Under the pieces are notes generated by a model. It was not told where the DNA came from, made no database searches, and saw only the letters and a program-made list of their open reading frames with translations. DNA of 64,000 nt from Eledone cirrhosa. Lineage: Eukaryota. Each line of letters opens with the position of its first letter. The first letter of the stretch is position 1. Positions 39,309 to 54,300 of this stretch are shown here, piece by piece. The stretch is taken from NCBI GenBank assembly GCA_964016885.1, contig OZ024740.1, positions 38,254,001 through 38,318,000 of the forward strand. Direction: 5' to 3'. Made by a program: the position numbers and the translations under genes.

Positions 39309-42300
39309 GTTTACATTAATCCTAGCTCATCTTATACATTATATAACAGATCAGGTACAAACAGTTGACTAACTAGGTTGTGTTTACATTAATCCTAGCT
39401 CATCTTATACATTACACTACAGATCAGGTACAAACAGCTGACTAACTAGGTTGTGTTTACATTAATCCTAGCTCATCTTATACATTACACTACAGATCAG
39501 TTACCAACAGTTGACTAACTAGGTTGTGTTTACATTAATCCTAGCTCATCTTATACATTACACTACAGATCAGGTACAAACAGTTGACTAACTAGGTTGT
39601 GTTTACATTAATCCTAGCTCATCTTATACATTACACTACAGATCAGGTACAAACAGTTGACTAACTAGGTTGTGTTTACATTAATCCTAGCTCATCTTAT
39701 ACATTACACTACAGATCAGGTACAAACAGTTGACTAACTAGGTTGTGTTTACATTAATCCTAGCTCATCTTATACATTACACTACAGATCAGGTACAAAC
39801 AGTTGACTAACTAGGTTGTGTTTACATTAATCCTAGCTCATCTTATACATTACACTACAGATCAGTTACAAACAGTTGACTAACTAGGTTGTGTTTACAT
39901 TAATCCTAGCTCATCTTATACATTACACTACAGATCAGGTACAAACAGTTGACTAACTAGGTTGTGTTTACATTAATCCTAGCTCATCTTATACATTACA
40001 CTACAGATCAGGTACAAACAGCTGACTAACTAGGTTGTTTTTACATTAATCCTAGCTCATCTTATACATTACACTACAGATCAGGTACAAACAGCTGACT
40101 AACTAGGTTGTTTTTACATTAATCCTAGCTCATCTTATACATTACACTACAGATCAGGTACAAACAGCTGACTAACTAGGTTGTTTTTACATTAATCCTA
40201 GCTCATCTTATACATTACACTACAGATCAGGTACAAACAGCTGACTAACTAGGTTGTTTTTACATTAATCCTAGCTCATCTTATACATTACACTACAGAT
40301 CAGGTACAAACAGCTGACTAACTAGGTTGTTTTTACATTAATCCTAGCACATCTTATACATTACACTACAGATCAGGTACAAACATCTGACTAACTAGGT
40401 TGTTTTTACATTAATCCAAGCTCATCTTATACATTACACTACAGATCAGGTACAAACAGCTGACTAACTAGGTTGTTTTTACATTAATCCTAGCTCATCT
40501 TATACATTACACTACAGATCAGGTACAAACAGCTGACTAACTAGGTTGTGTTTACATTAATCCTAGCTCATCTTATACATTACACTACAGATCAGGTACA
40601 AACAGCTGACTAACTAGGTTGTTTTTACATTAATCCTAGCTCATTTTATACATTACACTACAGATCAGGTACAAACAGCTGACTAACTAGGTTGTGTTTA
40701 CATTAATCCTAGCTCATCTTATACATTACACTACAGATCAGGTACAAACAGCTGACTAACTAGGTTGTGTTTACATTAATCCTAGCTCATCTTATACATT
40801 ACACTACAGATCAGGTACAAACAGCTGACTAACTAGGTTATTTTTACTTTAATCCTAGCTCATCTTATACATTACACTACAGATCAGGTACAAACAGCTG
40901 ACTAACTAGGTTGTGTTTACATTAATCCTAGCTCATCTTATACATTACACTACAGATCAGGTACAAACAGTTGACTAACTAGGTTGTGTTTACATTAATC
41001 CTAGCTCATCTTATACATTACACTACAGATCAGGTACAAACAGCTGACTAACTAGGTTATTTTTACATTAATCCTAGCTCATCTTATACATTACACTACA
41101 GATCAGGTACAAACAGTTGACTAACTAGGTTGTGTTTACATTAATCCTAGCTCATCTTATACATTACATTACAGATCAGGTACAAACAGCTGACTAACTA
41201 GGTTTTCTACATTAATCCTAGCTCATCTTATACATTACACTACAGATCAGGTACAAATAGTTGACTAACTAGGTTGTGTTTACATTAATCCTAGCTCATC
41301 TTATACATTACACTACAGATCAGGTACAAACAGTTGACTAACTAGGTTGTGTTTACATTAAACCTAGCTCATCTTATACATTACACTACAGATCAGGTAC
41401 AAATAGTTGACTAACTAGGTTGTGTTTACATTAATCCTAGCTCATCTTATACATTACACTACAGATCAGGTACAAACAGTTGACTAACTAGGTTGTGTTT
41501 ACATTAAACCTAGCTCATCCTATACATTACACTACAGATCAGGTACAACTAGTTGACTAACTAGGTTGTGTTTACATTAATCCTAGCTCATCTAATACAT
41601 TACACTACAGATCATGTACAAACAGTTGACTAACTAGGTTGTGTTTACATTAATCCTAGCTCATCTTATACATTACACTACAGATCAGGTACAAACAGCT
41701 GACTAACTAGGTTGTGTTTACATTAATCATAGCTCATCTCATACATTACACTACAGATCAGGTACAAACAGTTGACTAACTAGGTTGTGTTTACATTAAT
41801 CCTAGCTCATCTTATACATTACACTACAGATCAGGTACAAACAGCTGACTAACTAGGTTGTGTTTACATTAATCCTAGCTCATCTTATACATTACACTAC
41901 AGATCAGGTACAAACAGTTGACTAACTAGGTTGTGTTTACATTAATCCTAGCTCATCTTATACATTACACTACAGATCATGTACAAACAGCTGACTAACT
42001 AGGTTGTGTTTACATTAATCCTAGCTCATCTTATACATTACACTACAGATCATGTACAAACAGCTGACTAACTAGTTTATTTTTACATTAATCCTAGCTC
42101 ATCTTATACATTACACTTCAGATCTGGTACAAACAGTTGACTAACCAGGCTGTGTTTACATTAATCCTAGCTCATCTTATACATTACACTACAGATCAGG
42201 TACAAACAGCTGACTAACTAGGTTGTGTTTACATTAATCCTAGCTCATCTTATACATTACACTACAGATCAGGTACAAACAGCTGACTAACTAGGTTGTG

Positions 42301-45300
42301 TTTACATTAATCCTAGCTCATCTTATACATTACACTACAGATCAGGTACAAACAGCAGACTAACTAGGTTGTGTTTACATTAATCCTAGCTCATCTTAAA
42401 CATTACACTACAGATCAGGTACAAACAGTTGACTAACTAGGTTGTGTTTACATTAATCCTAGCTCATCTTATACATTACACTACAGATCAGGTACAAACA
42501 GCTGACTAACTAGGTTATTTTTACATTAATCCTAGCTCATCTTATACATTACACTACAGATCAGGTACAAACAGTTGACTAACTAGGTTGTGTTTATATT
42601 AATCCTAGCTCATCTTATACATTACATTACAGATCAGGTACAAACAGCTGACTAACTAGGTTTTCTACATTAATCCTAGCTCATCTTATACATTACACTA
42701 CAGATCAGGTACAAATAGTTGACTAACTAGGTTGTGTTTACATTAATCCTAGCTCATCTTATACATTACACTACAGATCAGGTATAAATAGTTGACTAAC
42801 TAGGTTGTGTTTACATTAATCCTAGCTCATCTTATACATTACACTACAGAATGGGTACAACTAGTTGACTAACTAGGTTGTGTTTACATTAATCCTAGCT
42901 CATCTTATACATTACACTACAGATCATGTACAAACAGTTGACTAACTAGGTTGTGTTTACATTAATCCTAGCTCATCTTATACATTACACTACAGATCAG
43001 GTACAAACAGCTGACTAACTAGGTTGTGTTTACATTAATCCTAGCTCATCTTATACATTACACTACAGATCAGGTACAAACAGTTGACTAACTAGGTTGT
43101 GTTTACATTAATCCTAGCTCATCTTATACATTACACTACAGATCAGGTACAAACAGCTGACTAACTAGGTTGTGTTTACATTAATCCTAGCTCATCTTAT
43201 ACATTACACTACAGATTAGGTACAAACAGTTGACTAACTAGGTTGTGTTTACATTAATCCTAGCTCATTTTATACATTACACTACAGATCATGTACAAAC
43301 AGCTGACTATCTAGGTTGTGTTTACATTAATCCTAGCTCATCTTATACATTACACTACAGATCATGTACAAACAGCTGACTATATAGGTTGTGTTTACAT
43401 TAATGCTAGCTCATCTTATACATTACACTGCTGATCAGGTACAAACAGCTGACTAACTAGGTTGTGTTTACATTAATCCTAGCTCATCTTATACATTACA
43501 CTACAGATCAGGTACAAACAGCTGACTAACTAGGTTGTGTTTACATTAATCCTAGCTCATCTTATACATTACACTACAGATCAGGTACAAACAGCTGACT
43601 AACTAGGTTGTGTTTACATTAATCCTAGCTCATCATATACATTACACTACAGATCAGGTACAAACAGCTGACTAACTAGGTTGTGTTTACATTAAACCTA
43701 GCTCATCTTATACATTACACTACAGATCAGGTACAAACAGTTGACTAACTAGGTTGTGTTTACATTAATCCTAGCTCATCTTATACATTACACTACAGAT
43801 CAGGTACAAACAGCTGACTAACTTGGTTGTGTTTACATTAATCCTAGCTCATCTTATACATTACACTACAGATCAGGTACAAACAGTTGACTAACTAGGT
43901 TGTGTTTACATTAATCCTAGCTCATCTTATACATTACACTACAGATCAGGTACAAACAGCTGACTAACTAGGTTGTGTTTACATTAATCCTAGCTCATCT
44001 TATACATTACACTACAGATCAGGTACAAACAGCTGACTAACTAGGTTATTTTTACTTTAATCCTAGCTCATCTTATACATTACACTACAGATCAGGTACA
44101 AACAGCTGACTAACTAGGTTGTGTTTACATTAATCCTAGCTCATCTTATACATTACACTACAGATCAGGTACAAACAGTTGACTAACTAGGTTGTGTTTA
44201 CATTAATCCTAGCTCATCTTATACATTACACTACAGATCAGGTACAAACAGCTGACTAACTAGGTTATTTTTACATTAATCCTAGCTCATCTTATACATT
44301 ACACTACAGATCAGGTACAAACAGTTGACTAACTAGGTTGTGTTTACATTAATCCTAGCTCATCTTATACATTACATTACAGATCAGGTACAAACAGCTG
44401 ACTAACTAGGTTTTCTACATTAATCCTAGCTCATCTTATACATTATACTACAGATCAGGTACAAATAGTTGACTAACTAGGTTGTGTTTACATTAATCCT
44501 AGCTCATCTTATACATTACACTACAGATCAGGTACAAATAGTTGACTAACTAGGTTGTGTTTACATTAATCCTAGCTCATCTTATACATTACACTACAGA
44601 TCAGGTACAAACAGTTGACTAACTAGGTTGTGTTTACATTAAACCTAGCTCATCTTATACATTACACTACAGATCAGGTACAAATAGTTGACTAACTATG
44701 TTGTGTTTACATTAATCCTAGCTCATCTTATACATTACACTACAGATCAGGTACAAACAGTTGACTAACTAGGTTGTGTTTACATTAAACCTAGCTCATC
44801 CTATACATTACACTACAGATCAGGTACAACTAGTTGACTAACTAGGTTGTGTTTACATTAATCCTAGCTCATCTTATACATTACACTACAGATCATGTAC
44901 AAACAGTTGACTAACTAGGTTGTGTTTACATTAATCCTAGCTCATCTTATACATTACACTACAGATAAGGTACAAACAGCTGACTAACTAGGTTGTGTTT
45001 ACATTAATCCTAGCTCATCTTATACATTACACTACAGATCAGGTACAAACAGTTGACTAACTAGGTTGTGTTTACATTAATCCTAGCTCATCTTATACAT
45101 TACACTACAGATCAGGTACAAACAGCTGACTAACTAGGTTGTGTTTACATTAATCCTAGCTCATCTTATACATTACACTACAGATCAGGTACAAACAGTT
45201 GACTAACTAGGTTGTGTTTACATTAATCCTAGCTCATCTTATACATTACACTACAGATCATGTACAAACAGCTGACTAACTAGGTTGTGTTTACATTAAT

Positions 45301-48300
45301 CCTAGCTCATCTTATACATTACACTACAGATCATGTACAAACAGCTGACTAACTAGGTTATTTTTACATTAATCCTAGCTCATCTTATACATTACACTTC
45401 AGATCTGGTACAAACAGTTGACTAACCAGGTTGTGTTTACATTAATCCTAGCTCATCTTATACATTACACTACAGATCAGGTACAAACAGCTGACTAACT
45501 AGGTTGTGTTTACATTAATCCTAGCTCATCTTATACATTACACTACAGATCAGGTACAAACAGTTGACTAACTAGGTTGTGTTTAGATTAATCCTAGCTC
45601 ATCTTATACATTACACTACAGATCATGTACAAACAGCTGACTAACTAGGTTGTGTTTACATTAATCCTAGCTCATCTTATACATTACACTACAGATCATG
45701 TACAAACAGCTGACTAACTAGTTTATTTTTACATTAATCCTAGCTCATCTTATACATTACACTTCAGATCTGGTACAAACAGTTGACTAACCAGGCTGTG
45801 TTTACATTAATCCTAGCTCATCTTATACATTACACTACAGATCAGGTACAAACAGCTGACTAACTAGGTTGTGTTTACATTAATCCTAGCTCATCTTATA
45901 CATTACACTACAGATCAGGTACAAACAGCTGACTAACTAGGTTGTGTTTACATTAATCCTAGCTCATCTTATACATTACACTACAGATCAGGTACAAACA
46001 GCAGACTAACTAGGTTGTGTTTACATTAATCCTAGCTCATCTTAAACATTACACTACAGATCAGGTACAAACAGTTGACTAACTAGGTTGTGTTTACATT
46101 AATCCTAGCTCATCTTATACATTACACTACAGATCAGGTACAAACAGCTGACTAACTAGGTTATTTTTACATTAATCCTAGCTCATCTTATACATTACAC
46201 TACAGATCAGGTACAAACAGTTGACTAACTAGGTTGTGTTTATATTAATCCTAGCTCATCTTATACATTACATTACAGATCAGGTACAAACAGCTGACTA
46301 ACTAAGTTTTCTACATTAATCCTAGCTCATCTTATACATTACACTACAGATCAGGTACAAATAGTTGACTAACTAGGTTGTGTTTACATTAATCCTAGCT
46401 CATCTTATACATTACACTACAGATCAGGTATAAATAGTTGACTAACTAGGTTGTGTTTACATTAATCCTAGCTCATCTTATACATTACACTACAGAATGG
46501 GTACAACTAGTTGACTAACTAGGTTGTGTTTACATTAATCCTAGCTCATCTTATACATTACACTACAGATCATGTACAAACAGTTGACTAACTAGGTTGT
46601 GTTTACATTAATCCTAGCTCATCTTATACATTACACTACAGATCAGGTACAAACAGCTGACTAACTAGGTTGTGTTTACATTAATCCTAGCTCATCTTAT
46701 ACATTACACTACAGATCAGGTACAAACATTTGACTAACTAGGTTGTGTTTACATTAATCCTAGCTCATCTTATACATTACACTACAGATCAGGTACAAAC
46801 AGCTGACTAACTAGGTTGTGTTTACATTAATCCTAGCTCATCTTATACATTACACTACAGATTAGGTACAAACAGTTGACTAACTAGGTTGTGTTTACAT
46901 TAATCCTAGCTCATTTTATACATTACACTACAGATCATGTACAAACAGCTGACTATCTAGGTTGTGTTTACATTAATCCTAGCTCATCTTATACATTACA
47001 CTACAGATCATGTACAAACAGCTGACTATATAGGTTGTGTTTACATTAATGCTAGCTCATCTTATACATTACACTGCAGATCAGGTACAAACAGCTGACT
47101 AACTAGGTTGTGTTTACATTAATCCTAGCTCATCTTATACATTACAGTACAGATCAGGTACAAACAGCTGACTAACTAGGTTGTGTTTACATTAATCCTA
47201 GCTCATCTTATACATTACACTACAGATCAGGTACAAACAGCTGACTAACTAGGTTGTGTTTACATTAATCCTAGCTCATCATATACATTACACTACAGAT
47301 CAGGTACAAACAGCTGACTAACTAGGTTGTGTTTACATTAAACCTAGCTCATCTTATACATTACACTACAGATCAGGTACAAACAGTTGACTAACTAGGT
47401 TGTGTTTACATTAATCCTAGCTCATCTTATACATTACACTACAGATCAGGTACAAACAGCTGACTAACTAGGTTGTGTTTACATTAATCCTAGCTCATCT
47501 TATACATTACACTACAGATCAGGTACAAACAGTTGACTAACTAGGTTGTGTTTACATTAATCCTAGCTCATCTTATACATTACACTACAGATCAGGTACA
47601 AACAGCTGACTAACTAGGTTGTGTTTACATTAATCCTAGCTCATCTTATACATTACACTACAGATCAGGTACAAACAGCTGACTAACTAGGTTATTTTTA
47701 CTTTAATCCTAGCTCATCTTATACATTACACTACAGATCAGGTACAAACAGCTGACTAACTAGGTTGTGTTTACATTAATCCTAGCTCATCTTATACATT
47801 ACACTACAGATCAGGTACAAACAGTTGACTAACTAGGTTGTGTTTACATTAATCCTAGCTCATCTTATACATTACACTACAGATCAGGTACAAACAGCTG
47901 ACTAACTAGGTTATTTTTACATTAATCCTAGCTCATCTTATACATTACACTACAGATCAGGTACAAACAGTTGACTAACTAGGTTGTGTTTACATTAATC
48001 CTAGCTCATCTTATACATTACATTACAGATCAGGTACAAACAGCTGACTAACTAGGTTTTCTACATTAATCCTAGCTCATCTTATACATTATACTACAGA
48101 TCAGGTACAAATAGTTGACTAACTAGGTTGTGTTTACATTAATCCTAGCTCATCTTATACATTACACTACAGATCAGGTACAAATAGTTGACTAACTAGG
48201 TTGTGTTTACATTAATCCTAGCTCATCTTATACATTACACTACAGATCAGGTACAAACAGTTGACTAACTAGGTTGTGTTTACATTAAACCTAGCTCATC

Positions 48301-51300
48301 CTATACATTACACTACAGATCAGGTACAACTAGTTGACTAACTAGGTTGTGTTTACATTAATCCTAGCTCATCTTATACATTACACTACAGATCATGTAC
48401 AAACAGTTGACTAACTAGGTTGTGTTTACATTAATCCTAGCTCATCTTATACATTACACTACAGATAAGGTACAAACAGCTGACTAACTAGGTTGTGTTT
48501 ACATTAATCCTAGCTCATCTTATACATTACACTACAGATCAGGTACAAACAGTTGACTAACTAGGTTGTGTTTACATTAATCCTAGCTCATCTTATACAT
48601 TACACTACAGATCAGGTACAAACAGCTGACTAACTAGGTTGTGTTTACATTAATCCTAGCTCATCTTATACATTACACTACAGATCAGGTACAAACAGTT
48701 GACTAACTAGGTTGTGTTTACATTAATCCTAGCTCATCTTATACATTACACTACAGATCATGTACAAACAGCTGACTAACTAGGTTGTGTTTACATTAAT
48801 CCTAGCTCATCTTATACATTACACTACAGATCATGTACAAACAGCTGACTAACTAGGTTATTTTTACATTAATCCTAGCTCATCTTATACATTACACTTC
48901 AGATCTGGTACAAACAGTTGACTAACCAGGTTGTGTTTACATTAATCCTAGCTCATCTTATACATTACACTACAGATCAGGTACAAACATCTGACTAACT
49001 AGGTTGTGTTTACATTAATCCTAGCTCATCTTATACATTACACTACAGATCAGGTACAAACAGCTGACTAACTAGGTTGTGTTTACATTAATCCTAGCTC
49101 ATCTTATACATTACACTACAGATCAGGTACAAACAGCAGACTAACTAGGTTGTGTTTACATTAATCCTAGCTCATCTTAAACATTACACTACAGATCAGG
49201 TACAAACAGTTGACTAACTAGGTTGTGTTTACATTAATCCTAGCTCATCTTATACATTACACTACAGATCAGGTACAAACAGCTGACTAACTAGGTTATT
49301 TTTACATTAATCCTAGCTCATCTTATACATTACACTACAGATCAGGTACAAACAGTTGACTAACTAGGTTGTGTTTACATTAATCCTAGCTCATCTTATA
49401 CATTACATTACAGATCAGGTACAAACAGCTGACTAACTAGGTTTTCTACATTAATCCTAGCTCATCTTATACATTACACTACAGATCAGGTACAAATAGT
49501 TGACTAACTAGGTTGTGTTTACATTAATCCTAGCTCATCTTATACATTACACTACAGATCAGGTATAAATAGTTGACTAACTAGGTTGTGTTTACATTAA
49601 TCCTAGCTCATCTTATACATTATACTACAGATCAGGTACAAATAGTTGACTAACTAGGTTGTGTTTACATTAATCCTAGCTCATCTTATACATTACACTT
49701 CAGATCAGGTACAAATAGTTGACTAACTAGGTTGTGTTTACATTAATCCTAGCTCATCTTATACATTACACTACAGATCAGGTACAAACAGTTGACTAAC
49801 TAGGTTGTGTTTACATTAAACCTAGCTCATCTTATACATTACACTACAGATCAGGTACAAATAGTTGACTAACTAGGTTGTGTTTACATTAATCCTAGCT
49901 CATCTTATACATTACACTACAGATCAGGTACAAACATTTGACTAACTAGGTTGTGTTTACATTAAACCTAGCTCATCTTATACATTACACTACAGATCAT
50001 GAACAAACAGTTGGCTAACTAGGTTGTGTTTACATTAATCCTAGCTCATCTTATACATTACACTACAGATCATGTACAAACAGTTGACTAACTAGGTTGT
50101 GTTTACATTAATCCTAGCTCATCTTATACATTACACTACAGATCAGGTACAAACAGCTGACTAACTAGATTGTGTTTACATTAATCCTAGCTCATCTTAT
50201 ACATTACACTATAGATCAGGTACAAACAGTTGACTAACTAGGTTGTGTTTACATTAATCCTAGCTCATCTTATACATTACACTACAGATCAGGTACAAAC
50301 AGCTGACTAACTAGGTTGTGTTTACATTAATCCTAGCTCATCTTATACATTACACTACAGATTAGGTACAAACAGTTGACTAACTAGGTTGTGTTTACAT
50401 TAATCCTAGCTCATTTTATACATTACACTACAGATCATGTACAAACAGCTGACTATCTAGGTTGTGTTTACATTAATCCTAGCTCATCTTATACATTACA
50501 CTACAGATCATGTACAAACAGCTGACTATATAGGTTGTGTTTACATTAATGCTAGCTCATCTTATACATTACACTACAGATCAGGTACAAACAGCTGACT
50601 AACTAGGTTGTGTTTACATTAATCCTAGCTCATCTTATACATTACACTACAGATCAGGTACAAACAGCTGACTAACTAGGTTGTGTTTACATTAATCCTA
50701 GCTCATCTTATACATTACACTACAGATCAGGTACAAACAGCTGACTAACTAGGTTGTGTTTACATTAATCCTAGCTCATCATATACATTACACTACAGAT
50801 CAGGTACAAACAGCTGACTAACTAGGTTGTGTTTACATTAAACCTAGCTCATCTTATACATTACACTACAGATCAGGTACAAACAGTTGACTAACTAGGT
50901 TGTGTTTACATTAATCCTAGCTCATCTTATACATTACACTACAGATCAGGTACAAACAGCTGACTAACTAGGTTGTGTTTACATTAATCCTAGCTCATCT
51001 TATACATTACACTACAGATCAGGTACAAACAGTTGACTAACTAGGTTGTGTTTACATTAATCCTAGCTCATCTTATACATTACACTACAGATCAGGTACA
51101 AACAGCTGACTGACTAGGTTATTTTTACATTAATCCTAGCTCATCTTATACATTACACTTCAGATCAGGTACAAACAGTTGACTAACTAGGTTGTGTTTA
51201 CATTAATCCTAGCTCATCTTATACATTACACTACAGATCAGGTACAAACAGCTGACTGACTAGGTTATTTTTACATTAATCCTAGCTCATCTTATACATT

Positions 51301-54300
51301 ACACTTCAGATCAGGTACAAACAGTTGACTAACTAGGTTGTGTTTACATTAATCCTAGCTCATCTTATACATTACACTACAGATCAGGTACAAACAGCTG
51401 ACTAACTAGATTGTGTTTACATTAAGCCTAGCTCATCTTATACATTACACTACAGATCAGGTACAAACAGCTGACTAACTAGGTTGTGTTTACATTAATC
51501 CTAGCTCATCTTATACATTACACTACAGATCAGGTACAAACAGCTGACTTACTAGGTTATTTTTACATTAATCCTAGCTCATCTTATACATTACACTTCA
51601 GATCAGGTACAAACAGTTGACTAACTAGGTTGTGTTTACATTAATTCTAGCTCATCTTATACATTACACTACAGATCAGGTACAAACAGCTGACTTACTA
51701 GGTTATTTTTACATTAATCCTAGCTCATCTTATACATTACACTTCAGATCAGGTACAAACAGTTGACTAACTAGGTTGTGTTTACATTAATCCTAGCTCA
51801 TCTTATACATTACACTACAGATCAGGTACAAACAGCTGACTAACTAGGTTGTGTTTACATTAATCCTAGCTCATCTTATACATTACACTACAGATCAGGT
51901 ACAAACAGTTGACTAACTAGGTTGTGTTTACATTAATCCTAGCTCATCTTATACATTACACTACAGATCAGGTACAAATAGTTGACTAACTAGGTTGTGT
52001 TTACATTAATCCTAGCTCATCTTATACATTGCACTACAGATCAGGTATAAATAGTTGACTAACTAGGTTGTGTTTACATTAATCCTAGCTCATCTTATAC
52101 ATTATACTACAGATCAGGTACAAATAGTTGACTAACTAGGTTGTGTTTACATTAATCCTAGCTCATCTTATACATTACACTTCAGATCAGGTACAAATAG
52201 TTGACTAACTAGGTTGTGTTTACATTAATCCTAGCTCATCTTATACATTATACTACAGATCAGGTACAAACAGTTGACTAACTAGGTTGTGTTTACATTA
52301 ATCCTAGCTCATCTTATACATTACACTACAGATCAGGTACAAACAGTTGACTAACTAGGTTGTGTTTACATTAATCCTAGCTCATCTTATACATTACACT
52401 ACAGATCAGGTACAAACAGCTGACTAACTAGGTTGTGTTTACATTAATCCTAGCTCATCTTATACATTACACTACAGATTAGGTACAAACAGTTGACTAA
52501 CTAGGTTGTGTTTACATTAATCCTAGCTCATTTTATACATTACACTACAGATCATGTACAAACAGCTGACTATCTAGGTTGTGTTTACATTAATCCTAGC
52601 TCATCTTATACATTACACTACAGATCATGTACAAACAGCTGACTATATAGGTTGTGTTTACATTAATGCTAGCTCATCTTATACATTACACTACAGATCA
52701 GGTACAAACAGCTGACTAACTAGGTTGTGTTTACATTAATCCTAGCTCATCTTATACATTACACTACAGATCAGGTACAAACAGCTGACTAACTAGGTTG
52801 TGTTTACATTAATCCTAGCTCATCTTATACATTACACTACAGATCAGGTACAAACAGCTGACTAACTAGGTTGTGTTTACATTAATCCTAGCTCATCATA
52901 TACATTACACTACAGATCAGGTACAAACAGCTGACTAACTAGGTTGTGTTTACATTAAACCTAGCTCATCTTATACATTACACTACATATCAGGTACAAA
53001 CAGTTGACTAACTAGGTTGTGTTTACATTAATCCTAGCTCATCTTATACATTACACTACAGATCAGGTACAAACAGCTGACTAACTAGGTTGTGTTTACA
53101 TTAATCCTAGCTCATCTTATACATTACACTTCAGATCAGGTACAAACAGTTGACTAACTAGGTTGTGTTTACATTAATCCTAGCTCATCTTATACATTAC
53201 ACTACAGATCAGGTACAAACAGCTGACTAACTAGATTGTGTTTACATTAAGCCTAGCTCATCTTATACATTACACTACAGATCAGGTACAAACAGCTGAC
53301 TAACTAGGTTGTGTTTACATTAATCCTAGCTCATCTTATACATTACACTACAGATCAGGTACAAACAGCTGACTTACTAGGTTATTTTTACATTAATCCT
53401 AGCTCATCTTATACATTACACTTCAGATCAGGTACAAACAGTTGACTAACTAGGTTGTGTTTACATTAATTCTAGCTCATCTTATACATTACACTACAGA
53501 TCAGGTACAAACAGCTGACTAACTAGGTTGTGTTTACATTAATCCTAGCTCATCTTATACATTACACTACAGATCAGGTACAAACAGCTGACTGACTAGG
53601 TTATTTTTACATTAATCCTAGCTCATCTTATACATTACACTTCAGATCAGGTACAAACAGTTGACTAACTAGGTTGTGTTTACATTAATCCTAGCTCATC
53701 TTATACATTACACTACAGATCAGGTACAAATAGCTGATTAACTAGGTTCTTTTTACATTAATCCTAGCTCATCTTATACATTACACTACAGATCAGGTAT
53801 AAACAGTTGACTAACTAGGTTGTGTTTACATTAATCCTAGCTCATCTTATACATTACACTACAGCTCAGGTACAAACAGCTGACTAACTAGGTTATTTTT
53901 ACGTTAATCCTAGCTCATCTTATACATTACACTACAGATCAGATACAAACAGCTGACTAACTAGGTTGTGTTTACATTAATCCTAGCTCATCTTATACAT
54001 TACACTTCAGATCAGGTACAAATAGTTGACTAACTAGGTTGTGTTTACATTAATCCTAGCTCATCTTATACATTACACTACAGATCAGGTACAAACAGCT
54101 GACTAACTAGGTTGTGTTTACATTAATCCTAGCTCATCTTATACATTACACTACAGATCAGGTACAAACAGTTGACTAACTAGGTTGTGTTTACATTAAT
54201 CCTTGCTCATCTTATACATTACATTACAGATCAGGTACAAACAGCTGACTAACTAGGTTGTTTTTACATTAATCCTAGCTCATCTTATACATTACACTAC

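Noticed and set aside
42848-42866. AATGGGT variant matching the insert's right junction (CCAATGGGTTT), possibly an excision footprint
   Set aside because: Only a 7-nt match, at a different monomer position, with no length change; chance is sufficient.
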